From: Vicugna vicugna
Taxonomy: Eukaryota
Reading direction: 5' to 3'
DNA length: 64,000 bases
Assembly (NCBI GenBank): GCA_013265495.1
Contig: MU063601.1
Span: 62,001 to 126,000 of the forward strand
Shown: piece by piece, positions 10,311 through 23,139 of the stretch
Numbering within the stretch: the first letter of the stretch is position 1
How the letters are laid out: the number at the start of each line of letters is the position of its first letter
Translations under genes and position numbers: made by a program
The notes under the pieces: generated by a model
Databases searched by the model: none
What the model was told of the DNA's origin: nothing
The model's input: the letters and a program-made list of their open reading frames with translations, nothing else

Positions 10311-13154
10311 ATTAATGTAAAAAGACTTCTTTACACTGTGGGAAAAATACCACATGGGATAGTTCACAAAGGAAGTGAAAACAAGGCCAGTTTTCCAAGT
10401 GGCTAAAGATGGTTTTGTTGGCAGTGAGAAATGCAGCAAGCTAATAGCCTGAGAGTTTTACCAGTAACTCCCAGTAAGTTCCTTTGTTTTCTCTATTCTA
10501 TCTGTAATGTGTTCTTAATCTCACACTGACATCACTAATGAAATTATTTTCAAGTGTTTGGCATTTCATCAGGGTATGAGAATCGGAGTGATGACAAAGT
10601 GGGTTTAACCACAAAGGGACGATGGTAGTGTTTGCTGCAAACGCTTAGGATATAGCATTGCTTACACTGTACAGAGTATGTCTTACATTTGCATAATAAA
10701 TAAGGTTCACTGACTGTGTTTCCAGCACATGTAAATCCAGGCTAGAGAGAAGATTCGGGAGCTCCTCCAGCCACTACCTAATTCTGGGACTGCACGTAGC
10801 TAGGTTGCAGTAAAACATTCCAATTTTAAGAGCATGGGCTTTAGAGTTGGTCGTACGTAATTTTAGCTCTTGTCTTTCTGCCTGTTGCTTGAGTATGTGA
10901 ACTTAAACTAATAATTTATCCTCTCTGAGCCTCAGTTTTCTCCTCATTAGAAATGGATAAAGTAATTGCTCCTAAGGTTGCTTCATGGCACAATCCAAGG
11001 GGTGCCAATCACAACAGATTCTATATATTGATAGCACCTACTTTACAAGGTGGTTGTCAGGATTTAGTGAGATGGTTTCTGTAAAGCAATTAGCTCAGTG
11101 GTGTGCACATGGAAAACATTCAGTAAATACGAGTTGCTATTATTAGTTGTTTTGCATGCAGAAGTACTTCTGGTAATAATCATCATAATAGCAGGAGAGT
11201 GTAGAGTCAGGCGAGTTAATGAGGAAGGATTTCTGAGGAGATGCTAAGGTTTAAACTGGATTTGAAAGGTAGGGACGAAACAATTTTGGCAAACAAGATT
11301 AGGGTGAGTGTTTTGTAAAGGAAGAAGAGGGAACAGGTGTCTGGGTGACCGAAATGAGATACTTGGATGCAGCTCAGCCCTGTCCTCAGGACACTGTTGG
11401 GCCCCTGCCAGGAGTGGGGAATCCCAGAAGCTTCTCCGGCTTGGCTGCAGAAGGAAATAGACATCTCCTACGGGGAGAAAGGGAAGTCACAGAGCTGCTG
11501 CCTAGTGGTGCCTGCGACTGGGGCCAAACCGGCCAGCAGAGAGATTTCTGTGGGGGCAAGGGAGCTGGCAGGGGGAGGACTGCGGGTCAGCCGGGGACTG
11601 TTGGGCCATGTGGGCAGCTGGGCTGGAGGCTGCTTTCTCCCTGCAGGGTCAGCTGGGCCAGTTCAGTGGCTTCTTTCCAGATGTTCAGAATCCCTATTTC
11701 CTGTGTGCCAACCTCTGGGCTCTTCTCTAGGGAAGGAGAGTGAGCACTGTCCAGGGAAGACCAAAACTATGAGTTTTAAACTGCTCTGAGCTTCCAGAAG
11801 AGCTGCATGGGCCTGCGGGAGAGACAGCCAGACCAGGCTGTTGGGTTAGCTATTTCCTGTCTGCCCCTCCAGATCCATCCTTCATCCAGTTCTGGGTCTG
11901 ACTTGTTTTGCTACACCTGCAGGCTCCTTTGTCTTCTGGCTTCTTGCTGGGCTCGTTCAGTGGGTAGTCTGTGGATGAGAGGCAAGAGGATAGAGAGGAA
12001 TTTATGCCCCTGGCTCCCTCCACAGGCAGGCAGGTGCTGTGACAGACCGTCACTGTGCCTCTTCCCTTAAACTCCCTCCCTCTGGATTCAGGTGACTATC
12101 TCTCCTCTGTCCCTTCAGGCCTAGGGTTGGTGACAGCTCCTTAGTTGTTACTAGCCCCAGGTCACCACTCCATCCCTTGTGTTTCTCCTATACCACCTAG
12201 ACTGTAGTAAATAAACCCTCTTCCAAAGATTCTAATCTGAATGTGCTTTCATTTGGGAGATCCTGACTGATGCATTTGCCAAATAAGGATTCTTTTGGTT
12301 GTCTTAAGGAAGAGAGAGAGTGTGAATTCTTGTCTTGTTATTGCCTCATGTACCTGAATCTGAGGTACAGACTTCAGACGTATCTGCTCATGTGGTTAGG
12401 CAAGAGCTCAAAGTTTGCAGGCTCTAGTCTTTTCCCAACTTTTAGCTCGATTTCCTTTGTATTTGCTTGGCACTCAGGCACTCCCTCCACCTAGCAACCT
12501 CCAGCCATGCCAGGCTTATATCCTCCCAAGGTCAAGTCCCAAAACAGGTTCATCTCTTTCCCAGGGGATTCAACAAAGGTCCAGCATTCTCACTCACTCC
12601 GCCTTGGTCACAAGACCATTCTCAAACCAGTGGCTGTGGCCAGGGAGATAGAATAAGCAATTGGCCAGAACTGGGTCATGTACTCTTCCCTGGAGCTTGA
12701 AATAGAGGTGTCAACCCCACCTAAATCACATGGCCTAAGAGTGGGGGAGGGTGCTTTCCCAAGGAGAGTGAGGATATTCTAACCAGAAGCGGAGACATGG
12801 ATGCTCAGTAGGGCAAAACCAGGAGTCTGCTCTACTTGGCTGTGTGAATTTGGATAAGTAACCAAACCTCTGCAACTTCTGTGTCCTCTCCTCCAAGAGT
12901 ACTAAGGGATTATTGAGCAGTTCCTGGGTGCCAGCCCCTACACTAAGGGTTTTCGATGAATCTTAGTTTAGTAGGTGCCATTATTTCCCCCTCTTTCCTG
13001 AAAGGTGAAATAGCTGTCTCTGGGTGACAAAAGCCTAGATGGGGCAGAGATGGAATTTGAGCCCCAGTTTGTCTGACACAAGACTCTACCAAACTGCCTC
13101 TTAGTTTGGAGCCCAGCCTGCAGGGTTGTTGTGAGGATTTAAAGAGATATAATA

Positions 13155-13273
13155 GTGGGGGAGGGTACAGCTCAATGGTAGAGTGCATGCCTAGCATGCA
13201 TGAGGTCTCAGGTTCAATCCCTGGTACCTCCACCAAAAGTAATAAATAAATAGATAAATCTAATCACCCCCCA
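13155..13273 (+). mobile_element. tRNA-Ala-derived SINE (Vic-1-like)
   Basis: A/B-box head GGGTACAGCTCAATGGTAGAG...GGTTCAATCCCTGGTACCTCCA, A-rich tail, perfect 14-bp TSD AAAGAGATATAATA (13141-13154, 13274-13287). Confidence 0.92.
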
Positions 13274-14279
13274 AAAGAGATATAATAAAAATAAGGCCAA
13301 TGTCTATTGTGCTCTTACTATGTGCCAGGCTCTGGACCCAATGCTCTAAAATAGATTCATATTTAATACCGGCCACAACTCTCTCAACTCTGAAAACACC
13401 TAACACAGCCCCTGGCTTAGTATGAATTCCCTGATACCTTCTCTCCCCTTATGCTCCGTGGCTTTCCCCTTCATGTGGTTCAGGCATCTCCCTAGTGTCC
13501 TAGGTTCTTCAGTGTTGCACAGGGTCTCTGAACTATTTCCTGTCCTGCCTTCAATCTGAGAAGAGCCAGGCTCAGGGCCTGCAGGAGACTGGAAAAGTCC
13601 TCATGGGGGGACAGTGCTCAATTAGAGGAAAGCATGTGGAAAAACAGGCTGGGGGAAGTGATGTGATTAGCGTCACAGTGTCTGTTTTGCCCCTGAGCAA
13701 CTTCGGTCACTTTTAAACATCTCGGGGAGGTTGGGGTTTACCCCAACAGGATAAATATTGGGGAAGTGAGAGACAGAAGGTTGATAAGTCCAAGGCTCCC
13801 TGGTAAGGTGCTGTGATGACCAGATATACCTTCTGGTTTCCTCTCTAATCCCCTGGACTGCTTCCATCCTGACGCTGGTTGTCCTTTATCTTTGGCCCTT
13901 AACTTTCTTCTCTTTGTCCGGTTCAGTACCAGGACCCGATGGTTCTCCCAAATGATCGTTGTTACCTGAAAGGTTGTCTGTTGACAGCTTTGACCAAGTT
14001 TTCTCCATTAGGATTGAGGGCAGGGACTGTATCTTTCATTGTTTGTGTTTCTATCAACTTAATGCATGTTTAATTGAACTTAGTAATGGTGATAATTTAT
14101 TCAGAGCCTCTTGTGAACCAGTTACTTTACTGATCATCACATTTAATCCTCACAACAATCTTGTGTTATAGCTACTGTTTTTAGCTCAATTTTACAGAAG
14201 AGGAAAGCGTAGCTCTGAGGAGATGGGTGATTTGTCTAAGGTCACAAGGCTGGCAACTGGCAAGTTAGTGAGTAGCTTG

Positions 14280-15170
14280 GACCTCTCTTTTGAACTCCAG
14301 ACTCGCATATCCGACTGCCTGTTTGACATATCCTCTTGAATATCCAATGGGCATCTGAAAATTAACATGTCCAGGACTGAGTTCCTGGTGTCCACTCCCC
14401 CCAATGTGTTCACGTCATTGCAACCACATATTTCAGTTGCTCAGGGCATAAACCCCGAGTTCTCTTTAACTATACCCTGGCTCCAGTCCATAAACATATT
14501 TGGTCAGCTCTACCTTTGAAATACCCTTGTAACTGACCCCTCTCACTCTACTGCTCCCTTTCTGGTCCATCAGTCACCTGGATTACTGCGATAGCCTCCT
14601 CACTGTTTTCTGCTTCTACCTTTGCCCTCTTTCATCCGTTCATCTGAATCTGTTACCCTTCTCGAAAACGTTCAGTGGGCAAACTGATGAGTAAAAGCCA
14701 GAGTCCTTACTCTGAGCCACAGGTGTTATCTGAGCTGGCTTCCTGAGACTTCTCTTACCTTCTAGTCTCCCCTCCTCCCCTCATCACTTCAGAGCCTTTG
14801 CATATACTATTTACTCTGCCTGGAAATCTCTTCCCCAAAATACACACATGACCCGCTTCCGGATCTCTTTCAGGCTTTTGTTCCAATGCCATCTCCTTGG
14901 TGAGGCTTTTCATGGACACTCTATTCAAAATTTCACACCCTCCACCGATATTTCCTACTCTTCTTCCCTGTGTTTTTTTTTTTTTTCTCCTTAGGATTTG
15001 TCACCATCTAAGATAACATATATTCTGGTTTATTATCAGTCTTCCCTCTAAAATGCTCCATTATAGCAGGGGTTTGGTCATTTTTCTTCAAAGCTAACTC
15101 TCCAGCTCTTTTAGCAATGCCTGGCATTAGATACTTGCTAAATATTTGTTGAATAAATGTATGAATGTGT
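14280..15170 (+). mobile_element. L2 (L2a-like) 3' region
   Basis: GAACTCCAGACTCGCATATCCGACTGCCTG...ATCTGAAAATTAACATGTCC; ends in the L2 terminus AAATATTTGTTGAATAAATGTATGAATG. Confidence 0.85.
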
Positions 15171-15749
15171 GGATTTAGAAGGATAAATGAGGTCTGTTGA
15201 CTCATTCTGTTGCTCCATGCTACCTCTCCAAACTCAATGTCTCTGTGATACACAAGTAGCTATTTGATGGTACTCACACTGGGCCCCCAGTGCTGCTGGG
15301 GATCTTGGTGATTAGTCAATAAATAGCATCCTTCTTGCGTGAGAAGTTCTGACCCATTTGATAAATAAGACATATGGAGACCAAAATAGCAGCCTTATTA
15401 TTGATAAAACTGATGTTGGTGACAGTAGCTTATGTCTCTGGATAAGTGCGCTTCCTAGTATGGGCCCCAGCATTAGACCAACTTAACCACCCACTCACTG
15501 ATATTGGAGAAGTAGACATAGAGAAATAGGCAGAATGCCTCCTCCAGAAGGAGAGGAGTGTGCAGAACGGCACATACCAGTTCTTTATCCTAAACTCAGG
15601 TGGATTAAGTCACTTCTCTCCTTTAGGGGAGGAGTGAATTGGAGGCAGAGAGAAGCCAGGAGTATTACATCAATATATGCTTTCCCACGGAAGCGAAACA
15701 TCAGGAGGAAATTATGAGCGTTTCCCATTTAACAATCACCATCTCTTTT

Positions 15750-16694
15750 CTTTTTAAATAACAGCTTTATTGTTATATAATTCACATACAATAAAAACCA
15801 TTTTTAAGTATAAATAACTCAGTGATTTTTAGTATATTCACAGAGTTGTGCAATCATCACCACACTCTAATTCCAGGATATTTTCATTGCCCCAATGTCC
15901 TTTGAAACACAAAAGTTTTAAAATGTTTACAAAGTCCAATTTATCTTTTTTCTTCTGTTGCTTGTTCTTTTGCTGTCATGTCTAAGAAACTATTCCCTCA
16001 TCTAACGTCATAAAGATTTACTCCTATGTTTTCTTCTAAGAGTTTTGTGGTTTTAGCTCTTACATTTAGGTCTATGGTACATTTTGAATTAAATTGTTTG
16101 TACGGTGTGAGTAGGGATCCAACTTTGTTCTTTTGCATGTGGATATCCAGTTGTCTTCAAGCTCTCATCTAAAGCTAATTGACCATAAATGTAAGGGTTT
16201 ATTTCAGGGCTCTCATTTGTATTCCATTTTTCTTACTTTTATTCTCATGCCAGTACCACACATTGATTATTTTAGCTATGTAAGAAGCTTGAAAAAATTT
16301 TCCCCAAGATTACTTTGGCTATTCTGTGTCCTTTGCATTTCCATATAAATTTTAAGATCAGCTTGTCAATTTCTGCAAAAAAGCCAGCTGAGATTTTGAC
16401 AGGCATTGCATTGAAAGTGTAGATCAGTTTGGGGCCCATTGCCATCTTACCCCCTAAAATGCCGTCTGTTCATTCTAATCCATAAACATGAGATTTCTTT
16501 TCATTTAGGTCTAAGATACATTTTGGGTCTTCTTTTAATTTTCTTCCTTTATTATTTCAACGATGTTTTATAGTTTCAATGAGCAAGTCTCATATTCCTT
16601 TTGTTAAATTTATTCTTAAGTATGTTATTTTCCTTGATGCCATTGTAAATAAAGTTATTTTCTCAATTTCATTTTCAGATTGTTCACTGCCAGT
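15750..16694 (-). mobile_element. Old L1 (L1M) fragments, resuming briefly after the gap near 17190
   Basis: ACAGCTTTATTG...TGTGCAATCATCACCAC (3' end) and TTTTCTTCTAAGAGTTTT...GCATGTGGATATCCAGTTG (antisense ORF2/3' region). Confidence 0.8.
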
Positions 16695-16970
16695 TATTAT
16701 GGACTGAATGTGTCAAAAGAAAATTCACATGTTGAAATCTTAACTTCAAATGTGATGGTGTTAGGAGGTGGGGCCTTTAGGAGATGATATGGTCATGAAG
16801 GTGAATGCAATGAATGGGATTCAAGTCCTTATAAAAGGGACCCCGGAGAAAACAGCTGTTTGCAACCCAGGAGAGGATCCTCACTGAACCTAACCTTGCT
16901 GACACCCTGATCTCAAACTTCCAGCCTCCAGAACTGTGAGAAATAAATTTCTGTTATTTCTAAGTCCCCT
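16695..16970 (+). mobile_element. MLT1 MaLR LTR inserted in L1, running into an N gap
   Basis: TATGGACTGAATGTG...GGTGTTAGGAGGTGGGGCCTTT...CTTCCAGCCTCCAGAACTGTGAGAAATAAATTTCTGTT are hallmark MLT1 motifs. Confidence 0.85.
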
Positions 16971-17185
16971 NNNNNNNNNNNNNNNNNNNNNNNNNNNNNN
17001 NNNNNNNNNNNNNNNNNNNNNNNNNNNNNNNNNNNNNNNNNNNNNNNNNNNNNNNNNNNNNNNNNNNNNNNNNNNNNNNNNNNNNNNNNNNNNNNNNNNN
17101 NNNNNNNNNNNNNNNNNNNNNNNNNNNNNNNNNNNNNNNNNNNNNNNNNNNNNNNNNNNNNNNNNNNNNNNNNNNNNNNNNNNNN
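16971..17185. other. N gap (215 nt) within MLT1/L1 repeats; the only gap not on a PTP4A2 exon
   Basis: Run of N between MLT1 sequence and L1-like CTTTCCAATCTAGATGCC. Confidence 0.95.
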
Positions 17186-17578
17186 CTTTCCAATCTAGAT
17201 GCCACAATCGCCAATTCTTATCCTGTCTTTCTTCTCACACATAGCCTTTGGGCTAATCTTCCTAGGGTTTTGCTTTGAGTTGAGGTAGGAGTTGGAGATC
17301 TATGTTCCAAGCCAAGTTTGCCTGCTGGTCTATTCCTGTTTCTTCAGATATAAAATTCTTTGAAGAAAAGACAAATAAAATGAGAAAATATAGAAAAAGT
17401 ATGTTTTTCTCTGCATCTACTATGTAGCAAGCCCTGTATTCAACAGGAACATCACAGTGTTCATCTCCAGAGGGTGCCAATCATATAGAAAACAAGGTGA
17501 GTAATGCCCCCTGTAGGTGTGCAACAAGATTTTCCTGATACCAAGTGCTTATCTTCAATTCTCACCATAATGCCATGG

Positions 17579-17690
17579 TGGGATGGGGGAAATAGCTCAG
17601 TGATAGAGCACATGCTTAGCGTGCGTGAGGTCATGGGTTCAATCCCTGGTACCTCCATAAAAAAATAATAATAAAGGAGAAATATTAAAA
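17579..17690 (+). mobile_element. tRNA-Ala-derived SINE (Vic-1-like)
   Basis: ATAGCTCAGTGATAGAGCACATGCTTAGCGTGCGTGAGGTCATGGGTTCAATCCCTGGTACCTCCA plus A tail; imperfect TSD ATAATRCCATG. Confidence 0.88.
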
Positions 17691-18359
17691 AATAATACCA
17701 TGAAATTGATGTTACTAATTCCATTTTAGAAGTGAGAAAGTTAGGGTTCAGAGTAGTTAATTGACTTAAGGTCATACATTGGTTAAGTCTCAGAGTCTAG
17801 ATTTGAACTGGTCTTTCTGATTCCATTATACCAAACTGTCTTTTGAAAAATATTATTTTAAAAATTTAAAGAAATTGTATCTTTATACACATGGTAAAGA
17901 ACTTAACAGTACAAAAAGATACACGATGAGAATAGTTCTCTTTCTTATTGCCATCACCAAAGGCAGTCATTCTTATTAGTTTCTGGTGTTTCCTTCCAAT
18001 GTATTCTATACATATCTAAATAGATATGTCTACAGTTATATGGATCCTTATTTAAACCCCACACACTCACACTTATTGAGTTACATATCTTGCTTGTCTT
18101 TTTAAAAAAACTTAACAATGAATCTTGGAGATCATTCCACAACAGCACATAAAGATCTACCTCATTCTTTTAAACAGCTGCATACTGTTCCATTTTGTCC
18201 AAATGTACCCATACTAAAGGATTTTCAGATTGTTTCCAGTTTTTTGCTGTTACCGACAATTCTGCAGCAAACATCCTTGCATGAATTTATTTTTACATGC
18301 CAAGCTGCCTTGGCAAGTACTTGAAAAGTAATTAGAACCATACAATGACAAGGGCTTTT

Positions 18360-18658
18360 TTCTTCTTCTTTTTTTAATTGAAATATAGTCAGTTTACAAT
18401 GTTGTGTCAATTTCTGGTGTACAGCATAATGTTTCAGTCATACAAATATTCCTTTTCATATTATTTTTCATTATAGGTTACTACATATTGAATGAATATA
18501 GCTCCCTGTGCTATACAGTATAAACTTGTTGTTTATCTATTTTATATATAGTAGTTAGTATCTGTAAATCTTGAACTCCCATTTATCCCTTCACATCCCC
18601 TTTCCCCTCTGGTGGTAACCATAAGTTTGTTTTCTATGTCTGTGGGTCTGTTTCTGTG
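18360..18658 (-). mobile_element. Lineage-specific L1 3' UTR fragment (~300 bp)
   Basis: T tail then AATTGAAATATAGTCAGTTTACAATGTTGTGTCAATTTCTGGTGTACAGC; TSD GACAAGGRCTTTT at 18347-18359 and 18659-18671. Confidence 0.85.
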
Positions 18659-19850
18659 GACAAGGACTTTTATAATTAGGATGATTGCATTTGTCTTTCT
18701 TTCCTGCAACCCTGACTTCTACTTTCTTGAACCTCAAGTCCAGACCATCAGTGCTCTCTAGCGGGCAAGAAAGCTCTCCATCACTTGCTCTAGCAGTTGG
18801 AATAGAGCATCTCCTGGGATCCTCTGGCTTAGAATGGTCAGCACTGTCCAGATGGGTTTGCAGTCATTAGGCTCAGTCTGGCTAAGTCTAGGTCATGATC
18901 TGCTTAGGGATGAGGTGCTGAGCTACTAGTGCTGGTTTGTAGCGCACTGATGACTGCAGGGATAGCCAGAAGCCAGGATTCTGGGATGACCTTGGCCAGT
19001 CAGGATGCACTTGGTGTGCTGTTTTGCTAGATCAGGCTCTGACCTGTTATGACCAGAAGAGGGCAGTAGTGAGCTGCCTAGCGCTTCTGCCAGACTCATG
19101 GAAGGCTCTCCTTCCTATGCAAGGACCTTCTGTCTCCAGCAGCTCCACACAAAAGGGCAGCCAGGGAAATCTCCCTGTTCTTGAAGAAGGAAGGCATGTT
19201 AGGAGTAATCTGGTAGAAAATGCGTTTAGAACAATACAGGAAAAAATAAAATCAAGGTAGCTCCCTCCCCTTGTGAAAATAGCTTTATTTTTTCTCATAA
19301 GTATAATATACACACATTGTAAAAATTTCAAACAATACATAAAAGTACACACACACACACAAATGCCTGAAATCCCATAGCCTGAGATAACTACTGTTCA
19401 GTTTTTGGCAATTTTTCTGTAACCTGCGTTTTTTTTTTCTTTAACTCAGAAAATGTTGTAAACATCCATCCTTGTCAATACCTTTAATGTTAGAGGCCTC
19501 AGGACTTGTACTTACATAAATGCTTCTTCAGTTTTCCACCCAAGTTACCCCAAAGGCAGAGAAGATGAATGTATTGCTGGGCGAGTGTTGTGTGAGACAG
19601 TGTGTGTAGTGCTGGAATGAAAGAGCAGGATAAACTTCTTTGAAATATTGGGCTTTTACCTTAAAAGTTCAGACTAATTTTGCGTTATACTCTATAACAT
19701 TTTGCATGCTACTCCGTGTTTATTTTTCTTCTCCAGATCTTTATAATATTCTGTTGTATGTATGTATTATCAGCTATTAAGCTAAACACAGCATTGGACA
19801 TTTAAGTCATTTCCAATTTTTTCCCAATTTGAACACTACTGCAATGAGCA

Positions 19851-19987
19851 TTCTTTTTTTTTTTAATTTTATTTTTTTGGGGGAAGGTAAGTAGGTTTAT
19901 TTATTTATTAATAGAGGAACTGGGGATTGAACCCAGGACCTCATGTACACTAGGCATGCACTCTACCACTGAGCTATACCCTTCCAC
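19851..19987 (-). mobile_element. tRNA-Ala-derived SINE (Vic-1-like)
   Basis: Reverse head GGGGATTGAACCCAGGACCTC...CACTGAGCTATACCC, T tail, TSD CTGCAATGAGCA (19839-19850, 19988-19999). Confidence 0.92.
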
Positions 19988-20249
19988 CTGCAATGAGCAC
20001 TTCTTATGCACCTGCTAGTGGACTGACTCTAGGCTTGAACCCAACTCCTCTTCTACATTCACACAAAATGATTACATAGCTTCTTGGTCCCCAGGACTGG
20101 GGTAAGCTCTTCTTTCCACCTTATCTCATTCGGTCTTAACAAAACCTGGTAGTGTAGACACTATTTTTCCCATTTTACAGAAGAAGAATCCAGTTCGGTG
20201 AATCCACATGTTTTGACCAAGTTTACACGGCTAGTAATCGAATGTGTGG

Positions 20250-21670
20250 GTGTCAGTTAGAAAGCCTCAGTTAGGGTCTTTGTCTGCTTAGTGAACAGGA
20301 CACCTATGGACTTGTTCCTAGGATGGCTGTCTAAAAACATCTGAGTTACAAGTAAAACCAAAATAAAACCCCCTGAAACACTTGAGCTATTTTAAGTTTT
20401 GAAAAAGATGGGGAGGAGAGAATTACATGAACACAGAGAAATCTCCTGGAACCTAAAAGGAGAAGTAATTAGTCTCATGAGAATTGCGGAAACAGCTCTC
20501 TCTCTCTCTTTCTGTCTCCCCCTTCTCCCTCTTTCTCTCTTTCTCTGTCATGGCCTCTGGCCTGTTCCCATGTGTGAGTCAACCTCCTTCTCCTTCAGCA
20601 GATCAGCTTCTCTGCTTCTCCATGAATGTGACCTTCTCCCAGCTCCCAATTTTACACCCCCCCCCCCAGTTTAAGCATGCAGCTCAGACTGAACTAGAAT
20701 CTCTCAGTCCTAAACCCAAATACCCAGGAAAGGGAATCTGATCTGATTATGCTGAAATACACGTCTACTTCTGGTCCAACCAGTTGTGTGGTTGAGGGGG
20801 CAGGATTCAGTACTAACATGGCTGTTAGTCTGGTCTATGGGTAGGGACCAGTCCTTAGAGAAAGGAGATTATTGTGCGCTGGGCAGATTCCTCTAAAGGT
20901 GTATGTTTATGTCTCCTATGACTCCCTACCTATAGAATCCAATTATTAATCTGCACCCAACTCAAGATGACTTATACAAAAAAATGGAATTTTTGTCTCT
21001 AACAGAATAGTCAAGGGCTTGGCTTTAGGCACAGATAAATACACTTGCTCAAAAAATACCGTTAGTGGGAGGGTATAGCTCAGTGGTAGACTGTGTGCTT
21101 AGCATGCACGAGATCCTGGGTTCAATCCCCAGCATCTCCAATTAAAATAAATAAATAAATAAACCGAATTACCCCTCCAAATTAAAAGTCTGATATTCCG
21201 TTAATATTGTCTATCATTTAAGGTTTTTTTTTTTTTTTGGCAGGGGGAGGTAATTAGGTTTACTTATTTGTCTGACTATCATTTAAAAAAAGAAAAAAAA
21301 TCCACTTGCTCAAAGAAAAAATACCGTTAGGAACCTATCTCTTTCCATTTCTCAAACCTTTTTCTGGATTTGCTTCCTTCCTATGTAGGCTTTCTCCTCT
21401 TAGTGGTAATACATCCACTAGCAACTCTAGGCTTGTATTCTCATGACAGCTTCCTCTGTGGAAAGCAGATTTCTCCTTTTCAATCCTTTCAGCTCTGATT
21501 GGCTTTGATTGAGTTATAAGCCCATCTTGAACCAATCACTGTGGCCAAGGGGTAGTTGCCTCTAATTGGCTAGTCCTGGATCACATGACCATTCCTAGCG
21601 CTGAGATGGGTCAGTCACATTGAGTAGGGGAAGGACAGTTTCCCAAAGGAAAAAATGGGTTGCTGTTAAC
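20250..21670. mobile_element. Old MLT1-type LTR fragments interrupted by a SINE
   Basis: MLT1-like text such as CTGATTGGCTTTGATTGAG...GAACCAATCACTGTGGCCAAGGG; boundaries uncertain. Confidence 0.5.
21066..21302 (+). mobile_element. tRNA-Ala-derived SINE (Vic-1-like) with a nested antisense SINE tail at 21222-21275
   Basis: Head 21068-21140 is close to tRNA-Ala(AGC); outer duplication CACTTGCTCAAA..AAATACCGTTAG (21042-21065, 21303-21330); inner duplication CTATCATTTAA (21211-21221, 21276-21286). Confidence 0.88.
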
Positions 21671-23139
21671 TCGGATTCCAGAACCTACTTTTTTTTAAAA
21701 CAGTGGATTGAGATTTGCACCAATGACCTCCTAAGATAGTTTAAAGAATCTTGGTGGAGGGTGAGGTGATGCCTTTCATTCTTTTGTTCAATAGGTGTTT
21801 ACCGAGGGTTCCATCTGTGCTCAACAGAGCACTAGACTCAGGGCATACAGTAGTCAGATAGACAAGGTCCTTGCTGTGTGGAGCTTAAGTTCCAGTAGTG
21901 TACCAACAAATAAATATATCTTGAGCACCTGCTGTGTACAAAACACCATGTTCCACCCTCTACTTCCTTTCCCCTCCCTTTCATACAAAGAGAGAGAAAA
22001 TACGGCCTTTTTCTCTAGGAGTTTACAATATACCAAGGCAGATAAAACAGTGATAAGTAATAAGAACAAACAATAAATGTCCAGAGAGTTAGGCAAACAA
22101 GAAAGTGTGTGAGGAGGAATCCGACTATGACTAATGGCAATAATAATAATAGTGGTCAACGTGCATTCATTGCTTACTGGGAGCCAGGCATTGTGCTGAG
22201 AGCTTTCTGAACAATATGTCATTTTATCCCAATAAAAACCCTGCGAAGAAAGTACCCCACTTTACAGAGGAAGGAACTGGGGCTCAGAAAGGTGCAGTGA
22301 GTTACTCAAGAGCACACAGCCACGGGGTCTGACTGACTTCAGAGCCCATGACTTAACTATCACATCATTCTGGTCCTGGAAAGAGGACAGTGATATTGAG
22401 CCAGGAAACATGGACATATAGTGTATAGGGTTGGAGTGGGGAGTGGAGGGCAAGCAGCCAGCTGGAATGGCCTTTGATCTTCCCTCTACACAGAGACCTT
22501 TCCCTGCTTCTCTGTACACATGACAAAGTGGCCATCCCCAGCTTTGGGTCCTGTGCCTAACCCTGACTCCCACGTGCTGATTATAAAGTGGCAGCCCCAT
22601 CAGTCAAATAGGACGCACGAGGTATTCTTAGCCAGTGGCATTAAAAAAATTAATTAGTGCCCAATATTCAAAAATTGGGAAATTTCACATGAAAACACGG
22701 AAAATCAGAATATCTGACAAGTCTGGGCCTATATTCCCATGGCAACCATCTGCTGGAGCAGCTGCTATCATGAGATGAGGCCTGCACTCTCCGTTTGACA
22801 CAACCGCCTGCTCGCCTTTGTCTCTCCCTTGTCTGTTTTACTCATTTTCATAACTGATGTGACCCTTGGCGCCATTTGGACTAGAGTCACTCTGTCCTGG
22901 TTTCAGAGTCCGAGAAGACAGAATTCAGCTCAGCTTGGGGCACATGTACACCTCTGGTTCAAACACTATGGTGATCACAGGGGAGGCTCTGGTGAAGTCA
23001 ACATGGGTCTAAGGGCACTACTTCGGCGAGGCCTCTGGGCAACAGTGGGTCCTCAGGAAAAAGACTGCAGTTGAGCAAACACTCCAAGACAAGGCTGGTA
23101 CAAAGGGGGAAGAAATTAAGGCTGAGAGCATACTTATGA

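Noticed and set aside
21068-21140. Apparent tRNA-Ala(AGC) gene (also at 13157, 17585 and reverse copies)
   Set aside because: Each is followed by an A-rich tail and flanked by target-site duplications, with stem mismatches: SINE heads, not tRNA genes.
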